Positions 48,934-60,051 of a stretch of DNA of 64,000 nucleotides are shown piece by piece. The notes beneath the pieces are model-generated. The model made no database searches, was not told where the DNA came from, and was given only the letters and a program-made list of their open reading frames with translations. This DNA comes from a virus (taxonomy: Duplodnaviria; Caudoviricetes): positions 32,001 through 96,000 of the IMG/VR virus record IMGVR_UViG_3300001528_000378; one strand, given 5' to 3'. The number at the start of each line of letters is the position of its first letter. The first letter of the stretch is position 1. The translations under genes and the position numbers were made by a program.

Positions 48934-49785
48934 CTATTGCAACGGATTAGGAATACCGATTAGGCTTACAAGTCCCCATTCCATAAACTTCTCAAAACCA
49001 CCAACTGCTTTAATGGCTTTCAATGAAACACTTACAATTTGGTTAAAGGGAGTGAGGACACCATTGATATTTACAAACTTATCCCCAATAGAACAAATGG
49101 CTTTCTGTTCCTTACCTTCCAACTGTGCTTTTAAGAAACAGTAGATGTTCACAGATACATCCGCTTTGGAGCAGTCCTTGCCCCCCATGTTCCCTCCACC
49201 AAGAGGAAGCTCAATTCCGTAGAAATCACTGGCCAATTTTCTACCAGTTACACCAGTATCCACATTTACACCACCAGTCCAACTTCCCAAAGGATTAATA
49301 AGCGTAGCATTTGGTACAAGTGCTTTAATGTCTTTATCTTCTGCATTAGACCAGCAAATAGTTAATTCTTTTGTATCCTCGTTTAATACAATTTTTCCAT
49401 CGGTGGGATACTTATTGTATAATTTATGACAAATGGAATAGGCTTCTTTATGGATATCTGGCATAATATAACCCGCAAACACACCATTATCGCCACATCT
49501 CAATTCCTTTTGGTTATTCGCAAGGTGAATATCCTGTGGTACTTCTACATAATTAAATGTATTTAACTTTACACCACTAATTCTTTCAGCCGTATCCTTA
49601 ACAAAATCTTTTGGAATAGACACAGAAGTTTCACCTGTGATAAAACAGGCATTATGCCCAATTAATACTTCAAAGGCACATTTTGGATTTTCTTGTTTAC
49701 TATAACAATAATCCACCAATGCACCAGAAACTCTGTCCGCCACCTTATCTGGATGGCTTGGTGACACTTTTTCTGTAATTTTCAT
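48934..49785 (-). CDS. metK: Short S-adenosylmethionine synthetase
   Basis: HPDK, GDNG, DTGVTGRK, GGG...GKD.SKAD; 283 aa. Confidence 0.88.
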   Translation of the reverse strand: MKITEKVSPSHPDKVADRVSGALVDYCYSKQENPKCAFEVLIGHNACFITGETSVSIPKDFVKDTAERISGVKLNTFNYVEVPQDIHLANNQKELRCGDNGVFAGYIMPDIHKEAYSICHKLYNKYPTDGKIVLNEDTKELTICWSNAEDKDIKALVPNATLINPLGSWTGGVNVDTGVTGRKLASDFYGIELPLGGGNMGGKDCSKADVSVNIYCFLKAQLEGKEQKAICSIGDKFVNINGVLTPFNQIVSVSLKAIKAVGGFEKFMEWGLVSLIGIPNPLQ

Positions 49786-49997
49786 TATTTAGTTCTCCTG
49801 TTATACTCATCAACTAAGGCTTCATACATATTCATCCAATTATCGGGCGGTTCCTGATAACTTTCATCATTATATGCCATCGCTCTATTCATTGCAGTAC
49901 ACATTTGTTTATCCATCATTTTAATGCAGTTTAGAATATGACTTGTTTTCATTTCTGAAATTTTTAATTTTCTACCATCTTTTGTAGTCCAATACAT
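49785..49997 (-). CDS. Small phage protein (WTTKDGR...MKTSHILNCI)
   Basis: Operon packing and a recurrent phage motif. Confidence 0.6.
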   Translation of the reverse strand: MYWTTKDGRKLKISEMKTSHILNCIKMMDKQMCTAMNRAMAYNDESYQEPPDNWMNMYEALVDEYNRRTK

Positions 49998-50021
49998 ATT
50001 ACTTATCCATTTTATCTTTAA

Positions 50022-50522
50022 TCACCACTTAATTTTTTGATAAATATCCTCTATATGTTTATCCTTATAGTAGTCATAGATTAAAGCATTAGGAATAATG
50101 TTGGTACATGCTTCCATTGGATCATAACTTTCTCTGGTAACCTTCCAAGGAAGAATGCTAGCCGTACTCATAATTAGATCAGATGTGCTAATTTTACCAT
50201 AGATATCTAACACTTCCTGTATAATCATTTTAGTTTTCAAATCTAATAGACTATATTTTCCACCAGGAGCGCGCCACACAGTCTTATCATAAATACTAGT
50301 ACCAACAACATCATAAAGTTCTCGTACCATCGGCCCATTAATCCATGCTTCAATTTTTTCCTTAAATAATGGCATTCCATTGTTTTTAACCATATACCAC
50401 GCTTGACAATAAAACACTAATCGCCATAACTTGGCCTTTGGTATTTCTCCCAAATAATTTACAATGTAGGCTGCTACGTCTAGTACAGAAACAGTAGTTA
50501 CTTTTTTATCTGTCATATTCAA
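50022..50522 (-). CDS. Panacea/SocA (DUF4065) antitoxin-like protein
   Basis: DVAAYI...KL..LVFYCQAW...LF...IEAWINGPMV.ELY...PW. Confidence 0.85.
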   Translation of the reverse strand: MNMTDKKVTTVSVLDVAAYIVNYLGEIPKAKLWRLVFYCQAWYMVKNNGMPLFKEKIEAWINGPMVRELYDVVGTSIYDKTVWRAPGGKYSLLDLKTKMIIQEVLDIYGKISTSDLIMSTASILPWKVTRESYDPMEACTNIIPNALIYDYYKDKHIEDIYQKIKW

Positions 50523-51086
50523 TCACCAAGGAAAATCTACCAACATACTTCTAAAATTTCGTAAAATAGCTTGATTGGGCTTTACTCCCCTCACTAAGTT
50601 TTTATCTTCAATAAACCACTTTAAAAAATGTGAACTATTATCCATATCAACTAATGAAGCACAATATTCTTTTCTTACTTTATAGTATTCATTTTCAAAA
50701 AGTGATGGAACCCTATTTTCAAAATCAAAGATGTTACTAGAAAAATTCCACAATATACCCAAAGAAATAGCAGGACTCCTAGAAATTCCAGCATCACAAT
50801 GTACTAAAATGTTTATGTTTGTAGTTCCTTTATCATATATACAATCAGTTACTTTGTCTAGTATGTTACTGCAATCTTCATAAGAAGGAGGTTCGTACTT
50901 TCTAAACTTGTTTTCAAGTGGTTTATCAATATCCCACATTTTAACTACTAGATGATTTTTATTGATTGGTTTTATGGAATCATCATCCGGACAGACAATA
51001 GAAATAATTAGATCAAAATTCCCCATTGTCGTGAAATTTTTCGTTAACATATTAGCAGTTTGTCTATCTGTTTGTGTTAATTTCAT
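50523..51086 (-). CDS. PTP/DSP-family phosphatase
   Basis: HCDAGISRS (HCx5R) and a C-terminal PN. Confidence 0.85.
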   Translation of the reverse strand: MKLTQTDRQTANMLTKNFTTMGNFDLIISIVCPDDDSIKPINKNHLVVKMWDIDKPLENKFRKYEPPSYEDCSNILDKVTDCIYDKGTTNINILVHCDAGISRSPAISLGILWNFSSNIFDFENRVPSLFENEYYKVRKEYCASLVDMDNSSHFLKWFIEDKNLVRGVKPNQAILRNFRSMLVDFPW

Positions 51087-52034
51087 TTTTCCGTTTTCCT
51101 TTCCAAAAGTTTTCTACTGTATTCTTGTTCTTCTTTAGGTAAAAACATGTAGAACTTACGTACAGAACCCATTACTTTGTAAGATGTAAAAAACAATCTG
51201 TGAGTTACTTCTACTACTACACAGTTATAGTAGCATGGTGCGCCGTCTTTATCCGTATATGTACCCGCACGATCTTCTTGTTTAAAATTTACAACTTTAT
51301 TGTAACCACCTAAGTAGCCAGCCCACTGAATATGCCTTATATAGTCATTCTTATATGAGATACCATAATAGCATGCCGTACATGTGGTCACAATTAATAA
51401 ATGGCATTCTCTTCCCCACAATTTCATTATTTCCCCTCCAACAGATACAAAACATCACCATCACATTCTACATCTTTTTCGTAATACTTCCCTGCTTTAT
51501 CTTTATATAGTGTCTTCATTGTTCTTCCTCTACGGTGAAAATTTTATATCTAACACTTATACTAAATATTTATCAACCGTGTGTTGGTTTTCCAATATGT
51601 GGGTTTGTACAATTTTTTATAAAGGTAGATATAATAATTGACAGCCTATTATGTTTAATTTTACCTTCTTTGATAGAAAAGTTTTTAAGACTCCAAACTT
51701 GTTTTTCTCCATTAAAGTTGTAATCAACTACAATATCTTTGCCAATGAGATTTTTAAATTCTTCTTCTTTCATAAGTTAATCACCATTTTTAACCAAAAA
51801 GTCCGGATTAATTACTTTAAAAGAATCCACTACAAAACCATCTTTGTCTAGTACACGATATACCTTTTCTTCGGCATCAATATTAATAAGACTAGACTTA
51901 AAACGAGAAAGCTCAACCATACTATCCACAGTTTGATTTTTCATAAGAAATTTTGGGAGCATTGGAGCAGTTTTAAGTCCAATAGCTTCACAGTATTTAA
52001 CAACCTTACATCTAAATAGATCTTTTATTCTCAT
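51083..52034 (-). CDS. Cluster of small hypothetical proteins (51083..51427, 51573..51773, 51777..52034)
   Basis: Co-oriented, closely packed ORFs. Confidence 0.55.
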
Positions 52035-52052
52035 TTCCTTCTCTCTAATAGT

Positions 52053-52547
52053 TCAGTTTTCGTGAATATTTCCTAAAATAGTATATTCGTAATCTGCCAT
52101 TGAAAATACCCAATCGTCATCTTCATCGTCAACTGTGATAAATCTACCACTCTTATTATTCCATTTTATTCTTAAAGTTCGGTCTTTCATAAGCTCGTCA
52201 GTAATATTGTGTCTATTTACAATGTCGCCCTCATAAATGAGTTTTCCATTTTTATCTCTAAGTCCGGTACATTGTTCAATAACTTCTGCATCTAGAACAA
52301 ACCATTCATTATCATTACAAAGATTGTTATCAGTAAGATAATTATACACTAAATTTCTTTCTTCAGCATCTAAATTCGTATTTCTAATCGCTTTAACTAA
52401 AATTTCATCAGTTACTCCAATAATGGTAGATGAATAAATAGCTACATTATTAAGTAACAACTTAATGGTTTTATCCTTACCATCATTATCACAATAATTG
52501 GCCTCTACGACCGCCCTAAATAAAAGTCTATTGTTTTCCATAGTCAT
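52053..52547 (-). CDS. YopX-family protein
   Basis: FRA...QCTGLRDKNGKLIYEGDIV...LGNIHEN. Confidence 0.9.
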   Translation of the reverse strand: MTMENNRLLFRAVVEANYCDNDGKDKTIKLLLNNVAIYSSTIIGVTDEILVKAIRNTNLDAEERNLVYNYLTDNNLCNDNEWFVLDAEVIEQCTGLRDKNGKLIYEGDIVNRHNITDELMKDRTLRIKWNNKSGRFITVDDEDDDWVFSMADYEYTILGNIHEN

Positions 52548-52550
52548 GTC

Positions 52551-53581
52551 CTATTTACTTTTATCAGTAGATATGGCTTGAATATACTGTTCGGTTAACT
52601 TTAACAAATCTTCAGAAATATCCAAAGTTTTGCTACCGATATTCTGCACCTTTTCATTGTTTACAATAGCCGGAATCACATAGATAGCGGCCATTTGCTT
52701 TGTGGATGGCAAAAAAACAGTAACAACACTAAAAAAGACAAGACCCATAACGGATAAAAGAAACGCTATACTAGCATACTTTCCAACCTTTTTATTTTCC
52801 TTTTCTATATCTTTTGCATAACAAAATGCAAGTGCTGAAAGAAGTACACATCCTACAAGTAATACGCACATAAGAGCACAACCAGTAATAATATCATCTA
52901 ACTTTAACAACCAGTACATCTGCATAGGGGTAATCATAATTTACTCCTCCCAAGGGGCGACGAGGTTTAATTGCTTTTCACACGCCAATCCCTTATCGTT
53001 CACAAAAAAAGTATTATATTTTCCTATAACAGCCGCAAAAAAAGATTGGTTTTCGTCAACAGCAAGTATTACCGCCTTTTCCCCGTTCCGCGTCCTGTAA
53101 AACTTACCGACTTCCAGTTTTAACGGTTTTGGCTCGTCAATATAAGGAGTAACACTAAAATATAATGCAGGATAAATAATCCAATTTTTATCAGTCTTAC
53201 TAATACCAACAAGTATTCCATTAATAAACTTATATTCAAGACCTTCTGTTTCAACTTTTTTCCCGACCTGTAAAGCGTTAATCACTTCTTCCGGCGTTTT
53301 TAAATATCTTTTCATTTCTATACCTCCACAATTACCATACCGTTTTACATTTCTCTGCTCCTAGTATTTGACAAATAAACTCTTTTTTATTCTTAATCAT
53401 TATTAACCTCTTTCAACGGACAACTCTCAAATTTATTACATATTTCTGAGTTAATAGCTATTGTGCGATCTAAAATTCTGCAAGCATAACTATGGTATTT
53501 TCCGCCCATCACCCCAACATAACGACCGAACGGACACTTATCACAGCTTTTAGGCATATCTACTTCAATTTTTATTGTCAT
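52551..53581 (-). CDS. Three small proteins: membrane protein 52551..52937, hypothetical 52941..53315, Cys-rich 53393..53581
   Basis: Two TM helices in the first; PKSCDKCP...CPL in the third. Confidence 0.6.
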
Positions 53582-53765
53582 CTTTCTCCTCCGCACGGCG
53601 GTTCCACGCTTCTATGGCTCCTTGTTTATCTATGTTTATCGGTCCTCTTGCACCACAAACCTGACAAAACACATAGTGAAAATACATATTAAACCGCCTT
53701 TTAGATTGTACTACTATAAACTCTGCTTCTTCACAAAAGGGACACGGTTTTAATTTAGTTTCCAT
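53565..53765 (-). CDS. Lar-family restriction-alleviation zinc protein
   Basis: LKPCPFC...CQVCGARGP...AIEAWNRR. Confidence 0.85.
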   Translation of the reverse strand: METKLKPCPFCEEAEFIVVQSKRRFNMYFHYVFCQVCGARGPINIDKQGAIEAWNRRAEEKDDNKN

Positions 53766-53767
53766 TG

Positions 53768-54266
53768 TTATCTCCTAGGAACATACACTTGTTCGTGTTG
53801 CGTATGTTTAAAACTTTCACCAACCTCTTTCGGTAAAGTTGTACTTCCCACTAATGCACAATTCTTTACAGCCAATAGTGTATCAAACACTGTCCAAGTG
53901 TGAAACTTTTCTTTATTCATTAACTCGCAAATGAAGTTAATGGTTTTGTTTAATCTTTCCTCACTAGTTTCCATTATTATATCCTTTATTTTACATCTAA
54001 TCCAAAGAAAACTCTTATAATCCCAACTCGTCCATAATCTGATCATAGAAGGAATCTTTAAAGTCATCATAATCACATTGAACGACATTTCCATCTACCT
54101 TTACTTCGGTTACTTCCAAATCTTCATCATCCCCACAGTCGCAGAGTGTATTATCATAGTTATTCATATCCACAGCTGGAGCAGGTCTAGCCGGAGTATA
54201 AAATCCACTTACTTCAAAATCAATTCCACCAAACACAAACTGAACATTAAATTGTACTTTTCTCAT
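53768..54266 (-). CDS. Two small hypothetical proteins (from METSEE to 53768; 54015..54266, acidic)
   Basis: GGAGG/AAGGA RBSs after the promoter at 54301-54329. Confidence 0.55.
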
Positions 54267-54300
54267 AACAGCCTCCAAAATGTAATTTAACTACAAAATT

Positions 54301-54329
54301 ATTATACTAAATCAACAACCTATTGTCAA
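54301..54329 (-). promoter_or_regulatory. sigma70-type promoter
   Basis: TTGACA-17 bp-TATAAT. Confidence 0.75.
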
Positions 54330-54332
54330 TAC

Positions 54333-54512
54333 TTATTTTGCACATTTTTTAGTTAAATGATAACCCAAACATCTCTTGCAAAAATACACCCTCAAAGCAA
54401 CATCACGCTTTTTATGCACCCTATTAACTGCTTCCTGTGCCGTCTGCTCGGTAGGGTACCTATGCTTCTTCCAGCAGGAAGATAACATTGCTAACAATTC
54501 ACTATCACTCAT
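54333..54512 (-). CDS. 59-aa zinc-finger protein, absent from the ORF track
   Basis: MSDSELLAMLSSCWKKHRYPTEQTAQEAVNRVHKKRDVALRVYFCKRCLGYHLTKKCAK with GGAGG RBS. Confidence 0.75.
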   Translation of the reverse strand: MSDSELLAMLSSCWKKHRYPTEQTAQEAVNRVHKKRDVALRVYFCKRCLGYHLTKKCAK

Positions 54513-54653
54513 ACAACCTCCAAAATTATTTTACAAAAAGGGCAAATATATTTGATAACCATACCCCTTAAAAAATCTGGGGAATTTTTTGGAAAATGTC
54601 CTTTTTTGCTCTCAACAGGTCCTATATGTTTCCTAGGACCTGTCAAGTGTATG

Positions 54654-55604
54654 CTACATCTTACTTACTACATTAACTCTAGTATATTCCACACCATCAT
54701 CTGCCAGAGTTCTACCACGACCACTAAACATAATATAGTTCAATGACAGCAGTCTTGGCTCAATAATGTTTTCTACTTCGTCCTGCGTTAAGCCAGTTCT
54801 CTTACAGATGGCTTTCATACCCATAGGTACTCTTACACCATTAAGTACATTAGTATATAAGCAGTTAAGATACTTATAATCTATCAGGGATAATCCAATT
54901 TTATCTACCCCCTGATAGTTAAGGAAGCCTTGCAGGTCCTTTGTATCAAAAGTATCAATACCCTTTGCAATCGTATAGTTAGCCAAAGACTTAATAAAGG
55001 CATTCATTAATCTGGGAGTACCAAAAGACATACCAGCCAGTTTATCCAGTGCCTCCTTACTTATTTTAGTATTTAACTTGGAAGAAGAATACCCTCCAAT
55101 TTGGGATAATTCTTTAACAGTATAATCTTCCAGCTGAACTTTGTTAACCATACGTTCATATAGAGGCTTTGAAATCATACCAGGATTTGTAGTTGCAAAT
55201 ACCCAAGTCCAGTCTGGGAATTTCCAATTAAACTTTCCGTGCTGAAGTTTACCATCCTCCAAGATAGGCAGTAGCATTACTTGTGCTTGGGGGGATATGG
55301 AATGACACTCGTCCACAAAGATAATAGAACCTCTTTTAATACCTGTTCCATTATTCTTTAATAACTCAAACACATCCTCTTCTTTGCGGAGCATAGGCCC
55401 AAAAGCTTCAACCAAATCTACACCCATAGAGTGTGCAAATGCTCTTACAATGGAGCTTTTACCCATACCAGGTTTGGCAGTTACCAAAATGGGTTCGGGG
55501 ACTTTGCCAGTCTTTTGATAAACACTAATAAGCATATTAAGTTTATCTTTAACTGCATTTTGACCAAAGTAACTTTCCAAACCTTCGGGTCTAATGTTTT
55601 GCAT
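54654..55604 (-). CDS. ruvB: RuvB-like branch-migration ATPase
   Basis: IRP...YFGQ, PGMGKS, FVDECH, ATT, LEDYT..EL, GTPR, and C-terminal IEP.L...GRGR winged helix. Confidence 0.85.
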   Translation of the reverse strand: MQNIRPEGLESYFGQNAVKDKLNMLISVYQKTGKVPEPILVTAKPGMGKSSIVRAFAHSMGVDLVEAFGPMLRKEEDVFELLKNNGTGIKRGSIIFVDECHSISPQAQVMLLPILEDGKLQHGKFNWKFPDWTWVFATTNPGMISKPLYERMVNKVQLEDYTVKELSQIGGYSSSKLNTKISKEALDKLAGMSFGTPRLMNAFIKSLANYTIAKGIDTFDTKDLQGFLNYQGVDKIGLSLIDYKYLNCLYTNVLNGVRVPMGMKAICKRTGLTQDEVENIIEPRLLSLNYIMFSGRGRTLADDGVEYTRVNVVSKM

Positions 55605-55622
55605 AGTCCCCACCCCCCTTTA

Positions 55623-57632
55623 TTATTTAACTTTAATTTCCACAACCATAGAGGATAACTTATTATAGTCATCTTCTGTTAAAACATTCTGCATACTTAC
55701 TTTTCTCAACGCAAGATCTTTTAATTGCTTGATAGTAGTGTAGGACTTCAATGCTTCCATTACTGCGTCCAAAAACAACTTCTTTAAATCATTATCCTTT
55801 GTATTAGTTTTTGCCATTTTTAAATTCCTCCCTAATAAGTAAATACCCAAATACAACAGCCACCAAATAGAACAGAACATTATACATCATATCACTTTCT
55901 CCTATATTGTTCTACATTGGCACCACACAGGGTACAATACATTTCCCCACTAATCTTGTCAAATACAAAATTAGTTCCACCACATAAGGGACATTCTTTA
56001 ATTCTTTTCATTTTCTTTTTCCTCCATCGCTTTTAATTTCCTGCACATAATATCCTTATGTGCTGCATACTGCTTTGCTTTTTGCTTCTTATAATATACA
56101 CTACTTCCACCTCGGTTGTCAAGGGATTTCTTTAATATGGACTTTGTATGTGTGGGGTCCTTAATCATTCTTACCGTCATCATAGATACTTTGTACTTCT
56201 TTGCCAAGTAGTTCATAGATACTCCCCCACGTTCCAACTCTTCCTTAATTGCAACCTTAATACCAGGGTCAACCTTGCAACGCTTGTCTGACAAACCGAG
56301 TTCCTTTAAAGAAGGCATATCGTTAAGATTCATAAATACCTCCCATAGGATCCTCTTCACAGTCCTCAATTTCTTGTAGTGTCTGATCCTTTTTCATATC
56401 AGCTACCAGTCTTTTTAAATGCTTGATAGTTTCTTCCTGCATTCTATACTTGGACTTCAACTCATCATAAGCAAAGTCTTTTTTTCTAACCGCAATTTTG
56501 GTATCTTCCTTTGCTCCGTCCAACTGTCTTTTAAGTAATTTAATATCCTCCTTTAAGCCGTCCATATCTTTGATAAGAGCATAGTTATCTTTCTCACTCT
56601 TGGACAGTTTTCTATTTAACTCACCTACTTTATTATTATAGGTGTCCTCTTTCTTCTTTAATAATTTTTCCAATTTTGCATTTTCATTTTCATAATATGA
56701 CATCTTTTTAAGTGTTTCTTCCACTTTAGGCTTTACTTCCTCGTCTAATACCTTTCTGTATGCCGTTCCAGCCTCAATAGTCTTCTTACATTCTTCTTCA
56801 TACTTCTCTGTAAAATCAGGGCCGTTCAAACTACCTGTAAATATCAGTGTAATAAGACTGCACAAACCAAATACTGCTAATAATACAATACCAAGTGATA
56901 CTAAAATAGATATTCCCATATTATCTCCATTATTATTCATACTTAAAAAATTAAACAATTCTACTTCACTTGCCCCAAAGTAAGTATTGTTCATATACCA
57001 CACAACCAAAAGTGGTACGAAACTAAACCACCCTACAAGGGCTGATAAACCACAAGCAAATAGATTCCTACCTACATTTACATTAACTCCCGGGATTTCC
57101 CCTGTTTCCAAGAAATGTATTCTCTCGTCTGCAATAGCACGAACTTCCTCCTTGGTTAATTCTTTAATTTCTTTATTCATAAAGCATCCCCAGTATAAAT
57201 ATCAACCCAATTTTCTTTTTCTTCATCCCACTTTACCATATCTGTAAAGTGATTATTAACATATTCTACAAATGTTTCATAAGACGGATAACGACAGTCC
57301 ATACCAAATTGAAGTGCCAGCTTATACATTAATTGGTCCCTAATATCTTCCACCCTACTTGCAACCTTATATTCTAATTCTCTTCTTGTATGTCCGTCAT
57401 ACTGCCGAAACATATTATCCAACATACACCAGATCAGGACAGTTTTCATATGTTAATCCTCCTTGCCATCATTCTCTGCGTTTAATTCCTCACATACTTC
57501 TTTGGCCTCATCATACTCATAGACGACATCATCCCCATAACCATCTTTAACATAGTCTTTTTCTATTTTATCCCAAATAAGAAACTTTCTACCCACACTG
57601 TCTTGTCTTACAATTTCAAATCTTGTTTTCAT
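55623..57632 (-). CDS. Early-type small genes (55623..55817; HTH-like 55998..56333; TM + coiled-coil 56323..57180; 57177..57449; 57453..57632)
   Basis: Strong GGAGG-type RBSs; SMNYLAKKYKVS HTH-like segment; two TM helices plus a heptad region. Confidence 0.6.
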
Positions 57633-57657
57633 ACTTATCTCCTTTTTGTATACATAC

Positions 57658-57709
57658 ATTATATCAAATATTTAAATAAAAGTCAAGGGGCTTTTTACAC
57701 CCCTTGACT
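57658..57709 (-). promoter_or_regulatory. Terminator hairpin whose downstream arm contains the -35 of a sigma70-type promoter
   Basis: On the - strand: AGTCAAGGGG...CCCCTTGACT-TTT; TTGACT-17 bp-TATAAT. Confidence 0.7.
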
Positions 57710-57716
57710 AGAGCTA

Positions 57717-59998
57717 CTACCAACTTGCCCGATAGAAAATACCAGCACAGTATTTATCAATATACTTCTTTGCAATACTAATAAATTTAATTGTATCGTG
57801 CAAAGACTGCTCATAATAACTCAAATCATCCTCGTCTTCCAAGGAGTTACTCCCAAAGAAAAAGCCATCACACGGGCACAGATGCTCCTTAATGTAACTA
57901 ATAAGTTCCTTTTTATCTAATCTATGCTCTACAACTTGTAAAAACTTACCCAAGATATCGTGGCAAAGTTCGTCCAAGTCATTTAATTGCTCTTCACTTA
58001 TGGAATATTCCCCACAGTCATCATTGCCGTACTGCACATTATCCACAAACCATTTATGGATCCAATTTGCTTTTCTCCAATACCCAATGTCATAAATGAT
58101 ACTGGAAATATTGCTCGTCGGATATACAACGCATTTTTTAAAATCTGCAGTCTGTTTATCCTCTTCCAGGAAACAACTCTCCTGCACTTCCAAACACCCC
58201 TGCTTTACTGCTGCATACTTTGCTCCCACATACACCTTTGCCGTCAAGTATTGATCTAATCCCATAATTTATTCCCCCTTAAAAATATTTTACAAAACAT
58301 ACTTTTCCAGTTTTGACTGCAATTTTTAGAGCCTCTGCATTTCCAAACTCACTTTTTGGAATTGTCATATTTGGAATAAACTCATCCCACTTATGGTTAC
58401 AATCATACCCGTGGACAGTTACGCCGTAACCATTGCGCAAATCAATCCACACATTTGGTACTACCTTAAAACCTTTTGGAAGTTTATCTGCATAATACAC
58501 TCCAAATTCTCCGTCTCCGATGTCATTCTCAATACCCACACCATTAATAACACAGGTTCCAGCGTCTGCACTATAAGTAGTAATATATTTCATACACCCC
58601 CCTATACAGCCCACTCATCCAAGTCAATATCCCATACTTCAAAATTGCTATGGACGATATAATCAAAGAAGGAATCTCTATCTTTGAAACCGGACGCTTC
58701 CATAATTGCATTAGCAATATTTTTTAGTCTGGCACACTCCAAATAGAGAGCGCGAAATCTTTCATCACTAATATTGTGATTGACCATTAATCTATTAAGA
58801 TAGTTAATACGGTTATCTAACCGACACCAAGTATTAATAATTTGTTTTTCATTGATCTGCATACAATACTCCTATAAGATAATTTTACCATCTTTGATGC
58901 AAAGGGCACCTGATCCGTCTTGATCTGCCACAACCAAGGTACCATTGGACTTTGGAAAACATTTCACAATCAGTTTTGCCAATTCCAAAGCATCAATTAA
59001 TCCATCATAATCCTGTGTGTCTAACGTGATATGCCCCCTCATATTTCCTTCAGTATAGATAATAGCATACAGGGGCATATCTACATCACCCTTTGCATAC
59101 ATATCATCATACGTTCTAACCATAGATTTAAAACTATCTACCTGTTTTACGTCATCAAATTGTACCCATACATTGCAAGAGTTAAATACTTTATTAATCA
59201 TACTTGCCTCCTTTAGAATAAACTACCTGTTTTGGTATCCTTACGTCTAATGACATTATGGACTTTATCATAATACCAATACTCACATAAATCCCAAATA
59301 TCATCCAGCTTTCCATTGACTTCGTCCACCTTACAACCAGGTGCTTCCCCCTGTAACTTACTCAAAAACTCCTTTTGGTAGTCATCGGTTATGAAAGCTG
59401 TCAAGTTTATGCTATCACAAACCTTTATATTTATAGAGTCTAAAATATTATCTAACGTGTCATCCAATGACACTCCGTACTGGTAGTTATTAATAGCTAC
59501 ATACGTAGATATTAATACTCCCATTTCCACCTCGTCTGTACCCCCATTAAGGGCAATTCTTTCCAAGAAGTCTTTGGTATTATCTGCATAAAATGGGATA
59601 AAACCAGAGCAAGGAGTAAACTCTCTTTTTAAGAATGCCTCAAAGTATGGGTGGTCCTTTACTCTATTAATAAGTTCCTGCACGGTAAAGGGCATCTCTG
59701 TCTGGTAGATGATGACATCCGTTTCATAATTATAATACTTTGGAGAATGCACAAAACATCTTACCAAACGGAAATCACTGGGTAAGTATGCGTCAATCCA
59801 ATTATCTGCAACGGCCTGCTGGTAGTCATCACAGTCAAAAGCATCCCACAAAGGGGTATTATCCAATACCCTTTGTATCGTTTCGTCATTTGACCACAAA
59901 TCAAAGTCCTGCTCACTATTTAAAAATACAGACTCATAAAAGCCTGCGAAACCAAAGGACCTAGCTTGCACTTTTTTATCATTTAAATTATTTTTCAT
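57717..59998 (-). CDS. Early-type genes (57717..58265, 58279..58593, 58602..58862, 58872..59201, acidic 59213..59998)
   Basis: MGLDQYL...YWRKAN family motif; FAGFYES...SPKYYNYETD in the last gene; promoter at 60019-60047. Confidence 0.65.
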
Positions 59999-60018
59999 AG
60001 ATGCCTCCACATAAATAC

Positions 60019-60047
60019 ATTATATCATATTATGGGTATATTGTCAA
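60019..60047 (-). promoter_or_regulatory. sigma70-type promoter
   Basis: TTGACA-17 bp-TATAAT with TG extension. Confidence 0.75.
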
Positions 60048-60051
60048 TACT

